Below, in pieces: positions 41,535 to 53,840 of a stretch of DNA of 64,000 nucleotides (position 1 is the stretch's first letter; each line of letters starts with the position of its first letter). Source of the stretch: Camelus ferus (lineage: Eukaryota). Below the pieces are notes generated by a model. It saw only the letters and a program-made list of their open reading frames with translations. It was not told where the DNA came from and made no database searches. Both the position numbers and the translations under genes were made by a program. Location: the NCBI RefSeq assembly GCF_009834535.1, contig NC_045697.1:88848001-88912000 (forward strand), given 5' to 3'.

Positions 41535-42901
41535 GGAGGGAGGGAGGAAGAATTTATTTCCCTGGCTGCAGCCCTGTAAAAAACTTACACAGAAGACTAC
41601 GCAGAAAGCCTCTAAATCTGAACAATCACCTCTGCCTCCATCCCAGAGATTCCGATTCATTTTTATAACTCTCTAGGAGATGCCTCTACCTACAGGTTCT
41701 GCTGGAATCAGAAGCACAACATGTCAGAAACCCCTAACCTTCTCTATTTCTCATCTTGGCATTCTTCTCTCTTTTAATGATGCTGCCTTACTGTCTTCAT
41801 CCTCCCATCTTGATGGCTGAGGGTCATCCTCTCCCGCTTATTCAATCAGTGGACAAGTTCTCATGTTTCTTCTTTACTAGTGCCTCTGGCACTCATTTTC
41901 TCCTGTGCATTTTTCCTGCCAAGGTCCTTGTTCAGTCCATAATTACATCATGCCTGAACTATTATAATAAAAATTAACTTGCTTCCCCAATCCTGGTTTC
42001 TAATCCTTGCAATCTGTATACTGCACTACACTGTATAATTTTGGAGACCTCACCATGTCCTAGGTATTTTGTTAAGTTCTGAGGCATTAGGCACTCTAGT
42101 TCTTATAAGGAGTGCACTTTAACATAGAAGGTAATTTTGCAGACTTGTAATTATAATACCTTGTAACAGGTATATTCTAAACCCAGGATAGGTGGAGAGA
42201 ACAGCCTAGCCAGGGATACCCGTGGAGATCAGTAGAAGCTTCAAGTCACTGATGATTTTTGTAAAGAGAGAGAAGTGGTTTACAGACAAGTAAGGGGTGA
42301 CAGACCTTCTAGGCAAAGACAGTGGCAGGTGCCAAGGCCCAGAGCTGTGCAAAAGCAGCAGCAGAAAAGCCAAGCTGTTCGGTGTGGCCAGTGGCTGTTA
42401 GGAACGGGCCTTGTTTGTACATCATTCGAGAAAAATCCCATTTCTTTCCGCATCTAACGGAAGAAACAACTGAAGTGTTTGAAGTTGGGTAATAATAACA
42501 TGATTAATTTTACTTTAATAAGGTACGTAATACTTTACATGTTATGAGTCCTCTCTCAATGTTGTAGGAAGTCATCTGGATACAGCGAAGCCTGAGTCAG
42601 TGAATGAAAGGGCCGTGGCTGTAACATGAACTGACTTGCTCAATGGCTCAGCTTTCACAGTGATACCACCCCCCTTTCCTCAGAATCTCTCAACTTCCAG
42701 TTTGCCCATGGCATAACGCCCAGTCTGCATATTCCACTCCATAAACGGCCCCGGCATCTTTCCAAGCTTATTCTGCACAAATCTTCAATATAGAGCCAGA
42801 CTTTCAGCCTCACCAGGTCACTTTCTGCTCCTGGGGAAAGTATCTGTGTTTTCCCAAGCATTATGGCTTTGTTCAAGTCCTTCTCCATCCCTTCCCATTC
42901 T

Positions 42902-43113
42902 GCAAACCGCAGCCTGCAAGTTAAAGTTGGTGCAGTGCCTACTTTTGTAAATAAAATGTTACTGGAACATCCCCATGCCCATTTGTGTATGTGCCTACGG
43001 CTGCTTTTGCATTATGATGGCAAGTTGAGTGTTGCAGCAGAGACCTGATGGCCCAAAGAGCTGAAAATACTTACTAATGTGTCCTTTATAGAAAAAAAAA
43101 ATTCTGACTCCCA
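42902..43113 (+). mobile_element. MER58A hAT-Charlie non-autonomous DNA transposon
   Basis: gcaaaccgcagcc...ttttgtaaataaaatgttactggaaca...ggctgcttttgc...agttgagtgttgcagcagagacc...tggccc...aaaatactta...cctttatagaaaaa...gactccc. Confidence 0.85.
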
Positions 43114-44099
43114 ACTTAGAACACTTTAATTCTCCCTTTGCAATACTATTGTAAGATGGGTAACCCCTTTAAAACTTAGCCTAAATTTATCCTTCTCCTT
43201 TTCATCATTCTATTCAAAAGTGGTCTCTTTGTCTTCTGAATTCCTAAAACAGTGCTTCTGAGAAACTGTATAGCACTTAAACATACTGCCTGGTTTTGCA
43301 TTTACTTTTCCAAGTATCTCTCTTGCGTCTAAGGATGTAAACTTGAGGACAGAATTTTTAATCTACTTATCCATGTCTCTAGCTATTATTACTTCATCCC
43401 TTTAACTGAATATACAGATGGATTATAACAGATTATATATAATAGATTATTATAATTACGTACATAGATATACTCTGTTACGCGTGTAAGCCTAAATATT
43501 GACTTCTTGTCACATACTAATTACAATGGCGAGTGCATTTCATAAGAAATTACACTTAATACTCAAACTACCAAATGAATGAAATGCATATATGATCAGC
43601 ACTTTGTAGAAAAGACTCAGAAAGGCTAAGAAATTTTATGAATGTAAGTACTTGAATGAGATCAAAATCCATGTCCAGGGAAACTGTGCTCCAAAGTATA
43701 GTTTCTAAACTATTACAGAATGACTAGATTCCAGCAGTGCACAGTGCAGTGCCTTATGATCCTAGTAAATCTCAGGAAGAGGCAAAAAAAGCTTCAAAAA
43801 ATCAAATGGGGATATTTCAGCTTTATACATGCAATGATGATCAATTTAGATTTTAGATAATAATGATTTGTTTACGCCAGGAATTTGAAACAGTAATTTC
43901 TTATACTTAGGTCAGAAAATAAATTAACTCATTTGTTTGATTTGCATCGAACTAAATCATTATAAACCAATTTTCCATCGACACGTCTGAGCGAGAGTCC
44001 CTTTGGGCCTTAGCTGGGAGCTACCGCGTTCCTGGTGTTCCCCACGCCACCCCCACACACACCAGGCTGCACCCTGCCTTCCTTACACTGTAGGATAAT

Positions 44100-44318
44100 G
44101 GAGAGCATGCGTGTTGAAGTCATAAAGACAAAAGTTCAAAGTCTGCATCTACCACTTATAGACTGTATACTTCTCTGTGCAGTTATAGTAGCCTCCCTGA
44201 GGCTCAGATTCCTCATCTATAAAAAATCGAAAGCAGAACCAAACTGTTAGGATTGTTCTGAGGCTTAAATGAGAGTGTATATGAAAGGCCTCGGAGTGCG
44301 CTTGGTACACACTAAGAA
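44100..44318 (+). mobile_element. MIR SINE
   Basis: gttcaaagtctgcatctaccactta...ctccctgaggctcagattcctcatctataaaa...ggattgttctgaggcttaaatgag...cttggtacacactaag. Confidence 0.8.
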
Positions 44319-46532
44319 CACAAAGAACACAGCAAGACGCTGCAAATCTGTTAAGAACGGCATAGATGCTTAGGTGCTGGGAAGATGGCACAAGACACCA
44401 AGTGACAAAGTGCATCACCTTGAAAGAAATTATTGTGGATCAGAGAAGGCAGGAGACAGAGCTATGGAAGGATGAGAAGTGAGACAAGACTCAAGCAGGG
44501 GAGGCGGGGAAAACCTGGGCTCATGACCTTGGCAGTCTATCCAGTACCTGGTCCCCATGCTTCTCTTTTCTCTTTCTTAACTTGTAAGTATGTCTGCTTG
44601 AAACTGGTATTATAGATATTGTGAAATATTAAAGAATATCTCATATTTAAAATGCACTTATGAGACACTTGAGAAACAAGGAAGGTCTAGAAAAAATTAA
44701 TTGTATATCAACATGGCAATTTATTCCTTAATTTTTTTAAATAGTTAAATATATTACCTACTTTTAAACAGACACTCTTATGCACAGTAGCATAAAATAC
44801 AAGGCTCCTTAATGAATTATTTAGTTCAACCTGAACTAGAACAGACATCATTTGCCTTTCAACACACTGTTCCGTCTAATATACCACAGTCTTCTCATAT
44901 ACAAAATTTCCAAATCAAATTTGCATGGCATTTTGCATCCTTCTTATTTTTATTTGTGAGTGCTTAAGGGAACAAATATTTGATTGACCCTTGATCTTTG
45001 CTGTCATAAAGCTGTAAGAAAGCTTGAGGCACTATGAATTACTTTTTTCCCACTATTAATTATTTGGTTATTTCTACAACTACTGATAGAAACAAAGTTT
45101 CCCAAAATAAAGTCACCTGAGTCTCATAATCCAGGATTCTACAGACTTCCTTGACAAGGCCAGGCAATATGATTATTTCATGAGTTCTGCATTTCTAACT
45201 TTAAGAAAACGTTTACAAAGCTCTGATAGTTGTATTTTGATAAATGGAATGGATGTCTTCTACTGTATATGGGTGGTACTGATACTTGATAAAGAGTCCC
45301 TTCTGGCCCAGAAAGTGCAGCCAGTATTCACTCACTCCTGCCCTCAGCATGTGGGTATGCCAGCAGCTGTTCGGATCTCAGTGACAGCAAGCACTTTATC
45401 AATATTGAAACACTCTCAACCAAACTCCCTCTCTATTCTTTTTCTATTCAGCTATCATTTTATAGAACCTCTATTTAAAAAAACACAGCTCCCCAATAGT
45501 CCATATTTCTCTAAAAAAAGATGAAGATGCCAAAATGTTTGTTTCAAATCATGAACTTTAAAACAGGAGGAATGTGCACTCTGCTGGCTGGGATGTAAGG
45601 TTTTTTTCCTGACATTTCTGTTAGACACTTGCTGTTGCTATGTTTTTATGGACACAAACCAAACTACAAAAGCATCAGTTAGTTCGAACAGGGGCATTTT
45701 CTTTGTTGGTATAAAGGAGAAAACTTTTAAAGACATCTATTTCCTTGCAACCCTCCAACTTGAAAAACTATGGACCAAAGCCAGTTTCTGAATCTTTGAG
45801 CTTGGCTACTTCTTTCTGAGCTGATCTCTCGGTAATATATACAGATAGCTTTTTTTTCCTTCAGAAAGAAGAGAGAAGCTGTTCTCAGTGGAAACTCCTG
45901 CCCGCTAACCAATCTGGCTAGCATCAAAATATCCATGAAGATGTCATACCTCTCCTTACAACAAGAAAGCAAAGCAGCATAGCCATATGAGGAACAGCAA
46001 ATGAGAGAATCAGTAACTAGGAATGTCTCTGTATAAATAATCAGTTCTTGAGTTGTTCTGGATCATCAGTATGTGTCAAATACACAGCGTTTGGTCTTTA
46101 AAGAATAAGATCTTCAACTGATCTTTTCTGGTTTATTATGGTGCACAGAAGAAAAATAATTTCTAGATTCATTTAACAGATGTTCATTTGTGATGCTGGC
46201 CACTAACCACGGTATTAGAGCAAGGCTCTGATTTATGCTTTCAGGCTCGCTTATTTAAAACACAGTAGTCTTCTGGGTATATCCTGGGGACTTGCATGAT
46301 TTGAGAAGCACACAGACCTTGTGAGGACCTGCTGGAGGTCATACGATGTCTCACGATAAAGATCATTAATGTGATGTTCTGATAAAGGTGAACTAGCCAT
46401 ACCTTTCATTGTTGTGTGATCTCACTTGTAATGTTTTCCTTGACATTTCTGCCCAAGGTTTTAAATCATAGTGAATAGATGTTACAGCATTAAACCTGGA
46501 AGAAATATACCCATGTCTGCTCTCTGTTTTAG

Positions 46533-46783
46533 TTATAGGATCATTGGTGGAAATTCTCAGTTCACCATCAACCCATCCACAGGACAGATCATCACCAGTG
46601 CATTGCTAGACAGGGAAGCAAAAGAGAATTACACGTTGGTCGTCGTCTCCAGTGATGCTGGGTCTCCAGAACCTCTTTCCAGCTCCACCAGTGTGCTCGT
46701 CACTGTGACCGATGTCAATGACAACCCGCCAAGATTTCAGCATCACCCATATGTCACGCACATCCCATCTCCTACTCCTCCAG
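46533..46783 (+). CDS. FAT4: FAT4 coding exon (7th in window), 251 nt (245 nt with the alternative acceptor at 46539), phase 2-1
   Basis: tctctgttttag|ttatag|gatc tandem acceptors; (S)YRIIGGNSQFTINPSTGQIITSALLDREAKENY...TDVNDNPPRFQHHPYVTHIPSPTPP; donor CAG|gtaact. Confidence 0.95.
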
Positions 46784-48070
46784 GTAACTAGACCTTCTCC
46801 GAGGTCTCATAGATAAATAAAAAACATAGATTGGAGATTTTCTATCATTGCATTTTTGTTACGTTTACATGTACATTTCTGATAAAACCTAAGTTTGCAA
46901 ATCCTATAAAACCCAATTCTTGCCTAAAGAAATTGAAAGAACATTGAATCTTTTACATTAATTCTTTCTTCCCAGACCAATTGTGTTTAAGATTTTGTAA
47001 TTGCTACATCTTTCCCAGTGCTGTTTCTTAATTTTACTTGAATATTGCTAAATATTAAAATGGATTTCACGTCATAGTCAAGGAGGGTTCTGTGCTGAAA
47101 TGTAATTTGTGTTCCCCAGTAGGAGGGGCATTATTTCTTTTTTCATGCCCTACGCTAGCACCTGAAACATTGTCTGTGAGGTAAAAAGCATTCAACAATA
47201 TTTGTTGGTGGAAAATGAATATTTTATTCAACACTTCATAGATAGATTTTCAAAAGGCTCACTGAAGGAATCATTCTAATTAATTATTACTATAAATACT
47301 ATTTTATTCTGGTTTTGATGGGTGTAGTCTTTTTCTGTTAGTAAGTGTATGGAGATGTTAATGAATCATTTTCATATTGACAATATGCATTTATCTTTCT
47401 GCATCTCTTTTAAATTTAGTTTAGTTTTATTTGCTTGTTCGCAAAGAATGGCCTACCTTCATAAGAACTGCATGGATCATCTATCGTTGGTAATTCCTGA
47501 AATGAATTTTCAAACAGGAGAATATACAAATGAAAGGCACAATTAATTCAATTTTCCTTGCTTTAAAATATCTTTAATTAGAAAAGAGTGGATCCAAGAT
47601 TTCTCCTCTAGTGATCTTTGATCTTCTATTCACTTCAGGAGATCTAATTGATACCAATTGAAAGTATAAAATCCATACATTTTCATGCCAACTTTCTATC
47701 AAAAGAAATGCCAATATCACAGTCATAAGGTCTTCAGTTGCAATGATTCTAATGACATCTGATGTGTGGTGATGCAATAGAGCATCTCCTGTACAATTAA
47801 ATAAGGTTTTAGCATTTTTTCCTCATTAGACGTACTATAATTAATCAGAACCACTAACTTTTTTTTTTCACTGAAAGACATCTCACTTGTATCACAAACT
47901 TTCTGTAGGGGTAGGAGTGCAGGTTTGGGAAAGGTTTCTGAATAAATATATCAAAAATGTGTCCTATGGCAACTACAATCTATTCCATTGGCCCTCATCC
48001 CAAACACTAAGTTTTGGAATCCTAATTAAGTCCATTCTTTCTCAGTTCTTATTACTTACTAGTTTATAAT

Positions 48071-48074
<4 letters not shown>

Positions 48075-48129
<55 letters not shown>

Positions 48130-48147
48130 ATACACACACACACACAC
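48075..48147. repeat. (TA)23 microsatellite followed by short (AC)n
   Basis: Read directly. Confidence 0.95.
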
Positions 48148-48717
48148 TTTATCTCCATATGGTAATATCTAACAGATAAAAGAGTTTTGCTATAAAAACA
48201 ATTAGTACAAGGAATCAACAGTAATTTTTAAAACATATTATTTTTGTTGACATGCTTACATAAAAGGTAATTCAACAATATTTTAAGACATAATGGAGCA
48301 ATTATCTTTTTTTCATTGGGCAGAAACATAGTTCTTTGCAGAACTCACGTGTTACTGTGTTTGTTGTCAGTTATGTACAGATTTTTCTCCTGGGAACTAT
48401 AATTCGAAATGATTAGCCATTGCTCTTCCCTGTGTTTCTCTCAAAGGTGTACTGAAAAATATTAAATTCAGTAGACTGTGTGGGGTTTAGTGAGATAATG
48501 GCAGGTCAGTCCCTGAAGACTTGCTAAATAGACTTGACTTGGGAATTTCAGAGACAATCTGGGAGATACTGTTCTCCCCTAGTAATCATGAGAAAATAAA
48601 GCTATATCAGGTAGCCATGTAGTGTTTTATATAAGGCTTTAATACAGTGTTTTCACTTACTACCAAGTGCTTTATCTGGTTCCATGTGATTATAATTGGA
48701 AACTGCCTCTTTTACAG

Positions 48718-51700
48718 GTTCCTTTGTCTTTGCGGTTACAGTCACGGATGCTGATATTGGGCCCAATTCTGAACTACATTATTCTCTTTCGGGTAGAAAC
48801 TCTGAAAAATTTCACATTGACCCACTGAGAGGAGCTATTATGGCAGCTGGACCACTAAATGGAGCTTCTGAAGTAACATTTTCTGTACATGTGAAAGACA
48901 GTGGCTCGTTTCCAAAGACAGATTCTACAACAGTGACTGTGCGTTTTGTGAACAAAGCAGATTTCCCAAAAGTCAGAGCCAAAGAACAGACTTTCATGTT
49001 TCCTGAAAACCAACCAGTAGGCACTCTTGTCACGACCATTACGGGGTCCTCCTTGAGAGGAGAGCCTTTGTCCTATTATATTGCAAGTGGGAATCTTGGC
49101 AGCACTTTCCAAATTGATCAGTTAACAGGGCAGGTGTCCATCAGTCAACCTCTGGATTTTGAAAACATACAAAAATACATTGTATGGATAGAGGCCAGAG
49201 ATGGAGGTTTCCCACCTTTCTCCTCTTATGAGAAACTTGACATAACAGTGTTAGATGTCAATGATAATTCTCCAGTTTTTAAGGAAAATCCATTTGTATC
49301 TGAAATACTGGAAAACCTGTCTCCTCGAAAAATACTTACTGTTTCTGCAATGGACAAGGACAGTGGACCCAATGGACAGCTAGATTATGAAATTGTTAAT
49401 GGCAACACAGAACATAGTTTCAGTATCAATCATGCCACTGGTGAAATTAGAAGCATTCAACCTTTAGACAGGGAAAAAATATCTCAATATGTCCTTACCA
49501 TAAAGTCCTCAGACAAAGGTTCCCCTTCTCAGAGTACCTCAGTAAAGGTCATCATTAACATTTTAGATGAAAATGATAATGCTCCTAGGTTTTCTCAAAT
49601 ATTCAGTGCCCATGTTCCTGAAAATTCCCCGTTAGGCTACACAGTCACACGTGTGACAACTTCTGATGAAGACATTGGTGTAAATGCAATTAGCAGATAC
49701 TCTATAATGGACACAAGTCTTCCGTTTACAATTAATCCCAACACTGGGGATATTGTCATTAGTAGACCTTTAAATAGAGAAGATACAGACCGTTACAGAA
49801 TCCGAGTTTCTGCGCACGATTCTGGGTGGACCGTAAGTACAGATGTCACGATATTTGTCACAGATGTCAATGACAATGCCCCAAGATTTAGCAGGCCGTC
49901 CTATTATTTAGACTGCCCTGAACTTACTGAAATTGGCTCCAAAGTGACTCAGGTATCTGCCACGGATCCTGATGAAGGATCGAATGGACAAGTGTTTTAT
50001 TTCATAAAATCACAGTCAGAGTACTTCAGGATTAATGCCACCACAGGAGAGATTTTCAATAAGCAGGTCTTAAAATACCAAAACGTCAGTGGCTTCAGTA
50101 ATGTGAACATCAACAGACATAGTTTTATAGTGACATCTTCAGATCGAGGTAATCCTTCATTACTTAGCGAGACAACGGTCACCATCAACACGGTGGACAG
50201 TAATGACAATGCACCACAGTTTCTTACAACTAAATATTTCACTCCAGTCACCAAAAATGTTAAAGTTGGTACGAAATTAATCAAAGTCACTGCAGTAGAT
50301 GATAAAGATTTTGGACTGAATTCCGAAGTGGAGTATTTCATTTCTGATGAAAATCACTTGGGAAAATTTAAGTTGGACAATAATACAGGGTGGATTTCAG
50401 TAGCATCTTCCCTGATATCTGACTTGAATCAAAACTTTTTGATCACTGTCACTGCAAAGGATAAAGGAAACCCTCCACTTTCATCCCAAGCAACCGTTCA
50501 AATAATTGTCACTGAGGAAAACTACCACACGCCTGAATTCTCTCAAAGCCACATGAGCACAACTATCCCTGAAAGCCACAGTGTCGGGTCCATTGTCAGA
50601 ACCGTCTCTGCAAGAGACAGAGACACGGCTATGAATGGCTTGATTAGGTACAGTATTTCCTCAGGAAATGAAGAAGGCATCTTTGCGATCAATTCCTCCA
50701 CGGGTATATTAACACTTGCCAAAGCTCTTGATTATGAGCTATGCCAGAAACATGAAATGACTATCAGTGCTACAGATGGAGGATGGGTTGCAAGGACTGG
50801 TTACTGCAGTGTCACTGTAAATGTGGTTGATGTGAATGACAATTCTCCAGTATTCCTCCCTGATGAATATTTCCCCACTGTTCTGGAAAATGCCCCAAGT
50901 GGGACAACAGTTATCCACCTAAATGCAACAGATGCTGACTCTGGAACCAACGCCGTGATTGCATATACTGTACAGTCCTCTGACAGTGACCTCTTTGTCA
51001 TTGACCCCAACACAGGCGTCCTCACCACTCAAGGCTTCTTGGATTTTGAAACCAAGCAGAGCTACCACCTTACAGTGAAAGCTTTCAATGTCCCCGATGA
51101 AGAAAGGTGCAGTTTTGCCACTGTTAACATACAATTAAAAGGGACAAATGAATACGTGCCTCGTTTTGTTTCCAAACTTTACTATTTTGAAATCTCAGAA
51201 GCAGCTCCCAAAGGTACTATCGTTGGAGAAGTGTTTGCCAGTGATCGTGATTTGGGCACTGATGGGGAGGTACATTATTTGATTTTTGGAAACAGTAGAA
51301 AGAAGGGTTTTCAGATCAACAAGAAGACTGGACAAATTTATGTTTCTGGACTTCTGGATAGAGAAAAAGAAGAAAGGGTATCGTTGAAGGTACTGGCCAA
51401 GAATTTTGGCAGCATCAGGGGTGCAGACATAGATGAGGTCACTGTAAATGTCACCGTGCTTGATGCCAACGACCCACCTGTTTTTAGCCTAAACACCTAC
51501 AGCGTTCAGATCAGTGAAGGGGTCCCTACGGGAACTCATGTGACCTTTGTCAGTGCCTTTGACTCAGACTCTGTTCCCAGCTGGAGTAGGTTTTCTTACT
51601 TCATCGGATCAGGGAATGAAAATGGTGCCTTTTCCATTAACCCCCAGACAGGACAGATCACCGTGACTGCAGAATTAGATCGAGAAACCCTAACCATCTA

Positions 51701-53067
51701 CAATCTCACGGTTTTGGCTGTGGATTCAGGGACCCCCTCAGCTACAGGAAGTGCCTCCTTATTGGTTACCCTGGAAGATATAAATGATAACGGGCCTATG
51801 TTGACCATAAATGAGGGAGAAGTGATGGAAAACAAACGCCCAGGAACTCTGGTGATGACCCTACAGTCCAGTGATCCCGATCTCCCTCCAAATCAAGGCC
51901 CCTTTACCTATTACTTGCTGAGCACGGGTCCTGCTACCAATTATTTCAGTTTGACCACTGCTGGAGTTCTGAGCACAACCAGAGAGATTGACAGAGAGCA
52001 GATTGCAGACTTCTACCTGTCTGTGGTTACTCGGGATTCTGGCGTTCCTCAGATGTCTTCCACGGGAACCGTGCACATCACTGTCATAGACCAAAACGAC
52101 AACCCTTCGCAGTCTCGGACAGTGGAGATATTTGTTAATTATTATGGCAACTTGTTTCCTGGTGGGATTTTAGGTTCTGTGAAGCCACAGGATCCCGACG
52201 TGTTAGACACCTTCCACTGCTCCCTGACTTCGGGAGTTACAAGCCTCTTCAGTATTCCAAGGGGCACTTGCGACCTGAATTCCCAGCCGAGGTCCACAGA
52301 CGGCACGTTTGATCTGACAGTCCTCAGCAATGATGGTGTTCACAGCGCCGTCACGAGCAACATCCGAGTTTTCTTTGCTGGATTTTCCAACGCGACAGTG
52401 GATAACAGCATCCTACTGCGTCTCGGAGTACCAACAGTCAAGGACTTCTTGACGAACCACTACCTTCATTTCTTGCGCATCTCCAGCTCACAGCTGACCG
52501 GCCTCGGGACTGCCGTGCAACTCTATGGTGCCTATGAAGGGAACAACAGAACGTTTCTCTTGGCAGCTGTGAAGCGGAACCATAATCAGTACGTGAATCC
52601 CAGTGGTGTAGCCACCTTCTTTGAAAGCATCAGAGAGATCCTCCTCCGGCAGAGTGGAGTAAAGGTAGAATCTGTGGATCACGACTCGTGCGCTCACGGC
52701 CCCTGTCTGAACGGGGGGAGCTGTGTAAGGAGATTGGCCGTGAGCTCCAAATCGAAGAGCCACGAGAGCCTTCCAGTCATCATCGTGGCAAATGAACCTT
52801 TGCAGCCTTTCTTATGCAAGTGTCTGCCAGGCTATGCCGGCAGCTGGTGTGAAATAGATATAGACGAGTGCCTCCCATCCCCTTGCCACAATGGGGGGAC
52901 CTGTCACAATTTGGTGGGAGGATTTTCGTGCAGCTGCCCAGATGGCTTCACTGGCCGGGCCTGTGAGAGAGATATCAACGAGTGCCTGCCCAGTCCCTGC
53001 AAGAACGGCGCTGTCTGCCAGAACTTTCCAGGAAGCTTCAATTGTGTTTGCAAAACTGGATACACAG
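48718..53067 (+). CDS. FAT4: FAT4 giant coding exon (8th in window), 4350 nt, phase 1-1: last ~11 cadherin repeats, linker region and three EGF-like domains
   Basis: ctcttttacag| acceptor; 1450 open codons with repeated PE/LDRE/DxNDN motifs, followed by EGF repeats (CAHGPCLNGGSC..., DIDECLPSPCHNGGTC..., DINECLPSPCKNGAVC...CKTGYT); donor CAG|gtatga. Sequence and exon-size series match my recollection of mammalian FAT4. Confidence 0.98.
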
Positions 53068-53189
53068 GTATGACAATGTTTGGCTTCTTTTTTTTTTTTT
53101 CCCACCAAGACTTTAGCCATATCAAGTATCATGGAAAGTTATGAACTTTGTCATTTTTCAATGAGTTTTCCTAGGAATAGGCATAATCA

Positions 53190-53430
53190 TAGCAAATACT
53201 GTAAGCATTTATTACTAGCCAAACTCTGTTCTACGCGCTTTGTCCATATTTACTTCACTTACTTCTTACAAGAAACCTGTAAGGTAGGGATAATGATTTT
53301 CCAGTTTTTACAGACAAGGAAGCTGACGTAGAGGGAAGTTGAGTCAGTTTTCTAAAGTGATCCAGCTGATTTGTTGCAGACTCAGGATGTAAGCGACACA
53401 GTTCGTGCCGGAGTGTCAGCTCGTAGTCCC
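53190..53430 (-). mobile_element. MIR SINE
   Basis: cttcttacaagaaacctgtaaggtagggataatgattttccagtttttacagacaaggaagctgacgtagagggaagttgagtc. Confidence 0.75.
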
Positions 53431-53783
53431 TCTGCTAAGAGTCTTGTATGAGAGCACAGAGAGCGTCATACTTCAAAAAAGTGATCTCAAGTTGAAGGAC
53501 ATAGTATATTTTAAGCATAAGATCCAGACCATTTTATGTCCTAAATTAACTGTTAACAATTATTACTGTTAATCCCTTCATTTTAGCACCATCATTTTTA
53601 TGATTTTGGTCATAATTGTCATTATGATTGTTGAAATTTGATCCACACTGTGAACAGAATGTGGCAAAAGTTGTCATTTAGATTAGATTAAAGTGCCTTG
53701 TTATTTCTAGTAGTTGGGTAGAAAGCATCAAGGCTAATTTCTCAGGTAACTCAGAGCAAAACTGAGCCACAATTTATTTGGAC

Positions 53784-53784
53784 T

Positions 53785-53839
<55 letters not shown>
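53784..53839. repeat. (TTTA)~14 tetranucleotide repeat
   Basis: Read directly; probably the A-rich tail of the adjacent minus-strand element. Confidence 0.95.

Positions 53840-53840
<1 letters not shown>

Noticed and set aside
41242..41676. ORFs with CVCVCV/THTHTH/ERERE tracts (also 882-1100, 56561-56959)
   Set aside because: Translations of microsatellites and L1/L2 remnants.
48696..48717. ORF-track start METASFT as a protein N-terminus
   Set aside because: The start is a TTG in intron sequence; the real boundary is the acceptor at 48717/48718. The same applies to the other exon-containing ORF starts.
48812..53132. Multiple antisense and alternate-frame ORFs over the giant exon (also 3464-3664, 10264-10500, 18256-18588, 37286-37549)
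   Set aside because: Shadow ORFs of FAT4 codon structure, with no recognisable domains or independent splice/promoter signals.
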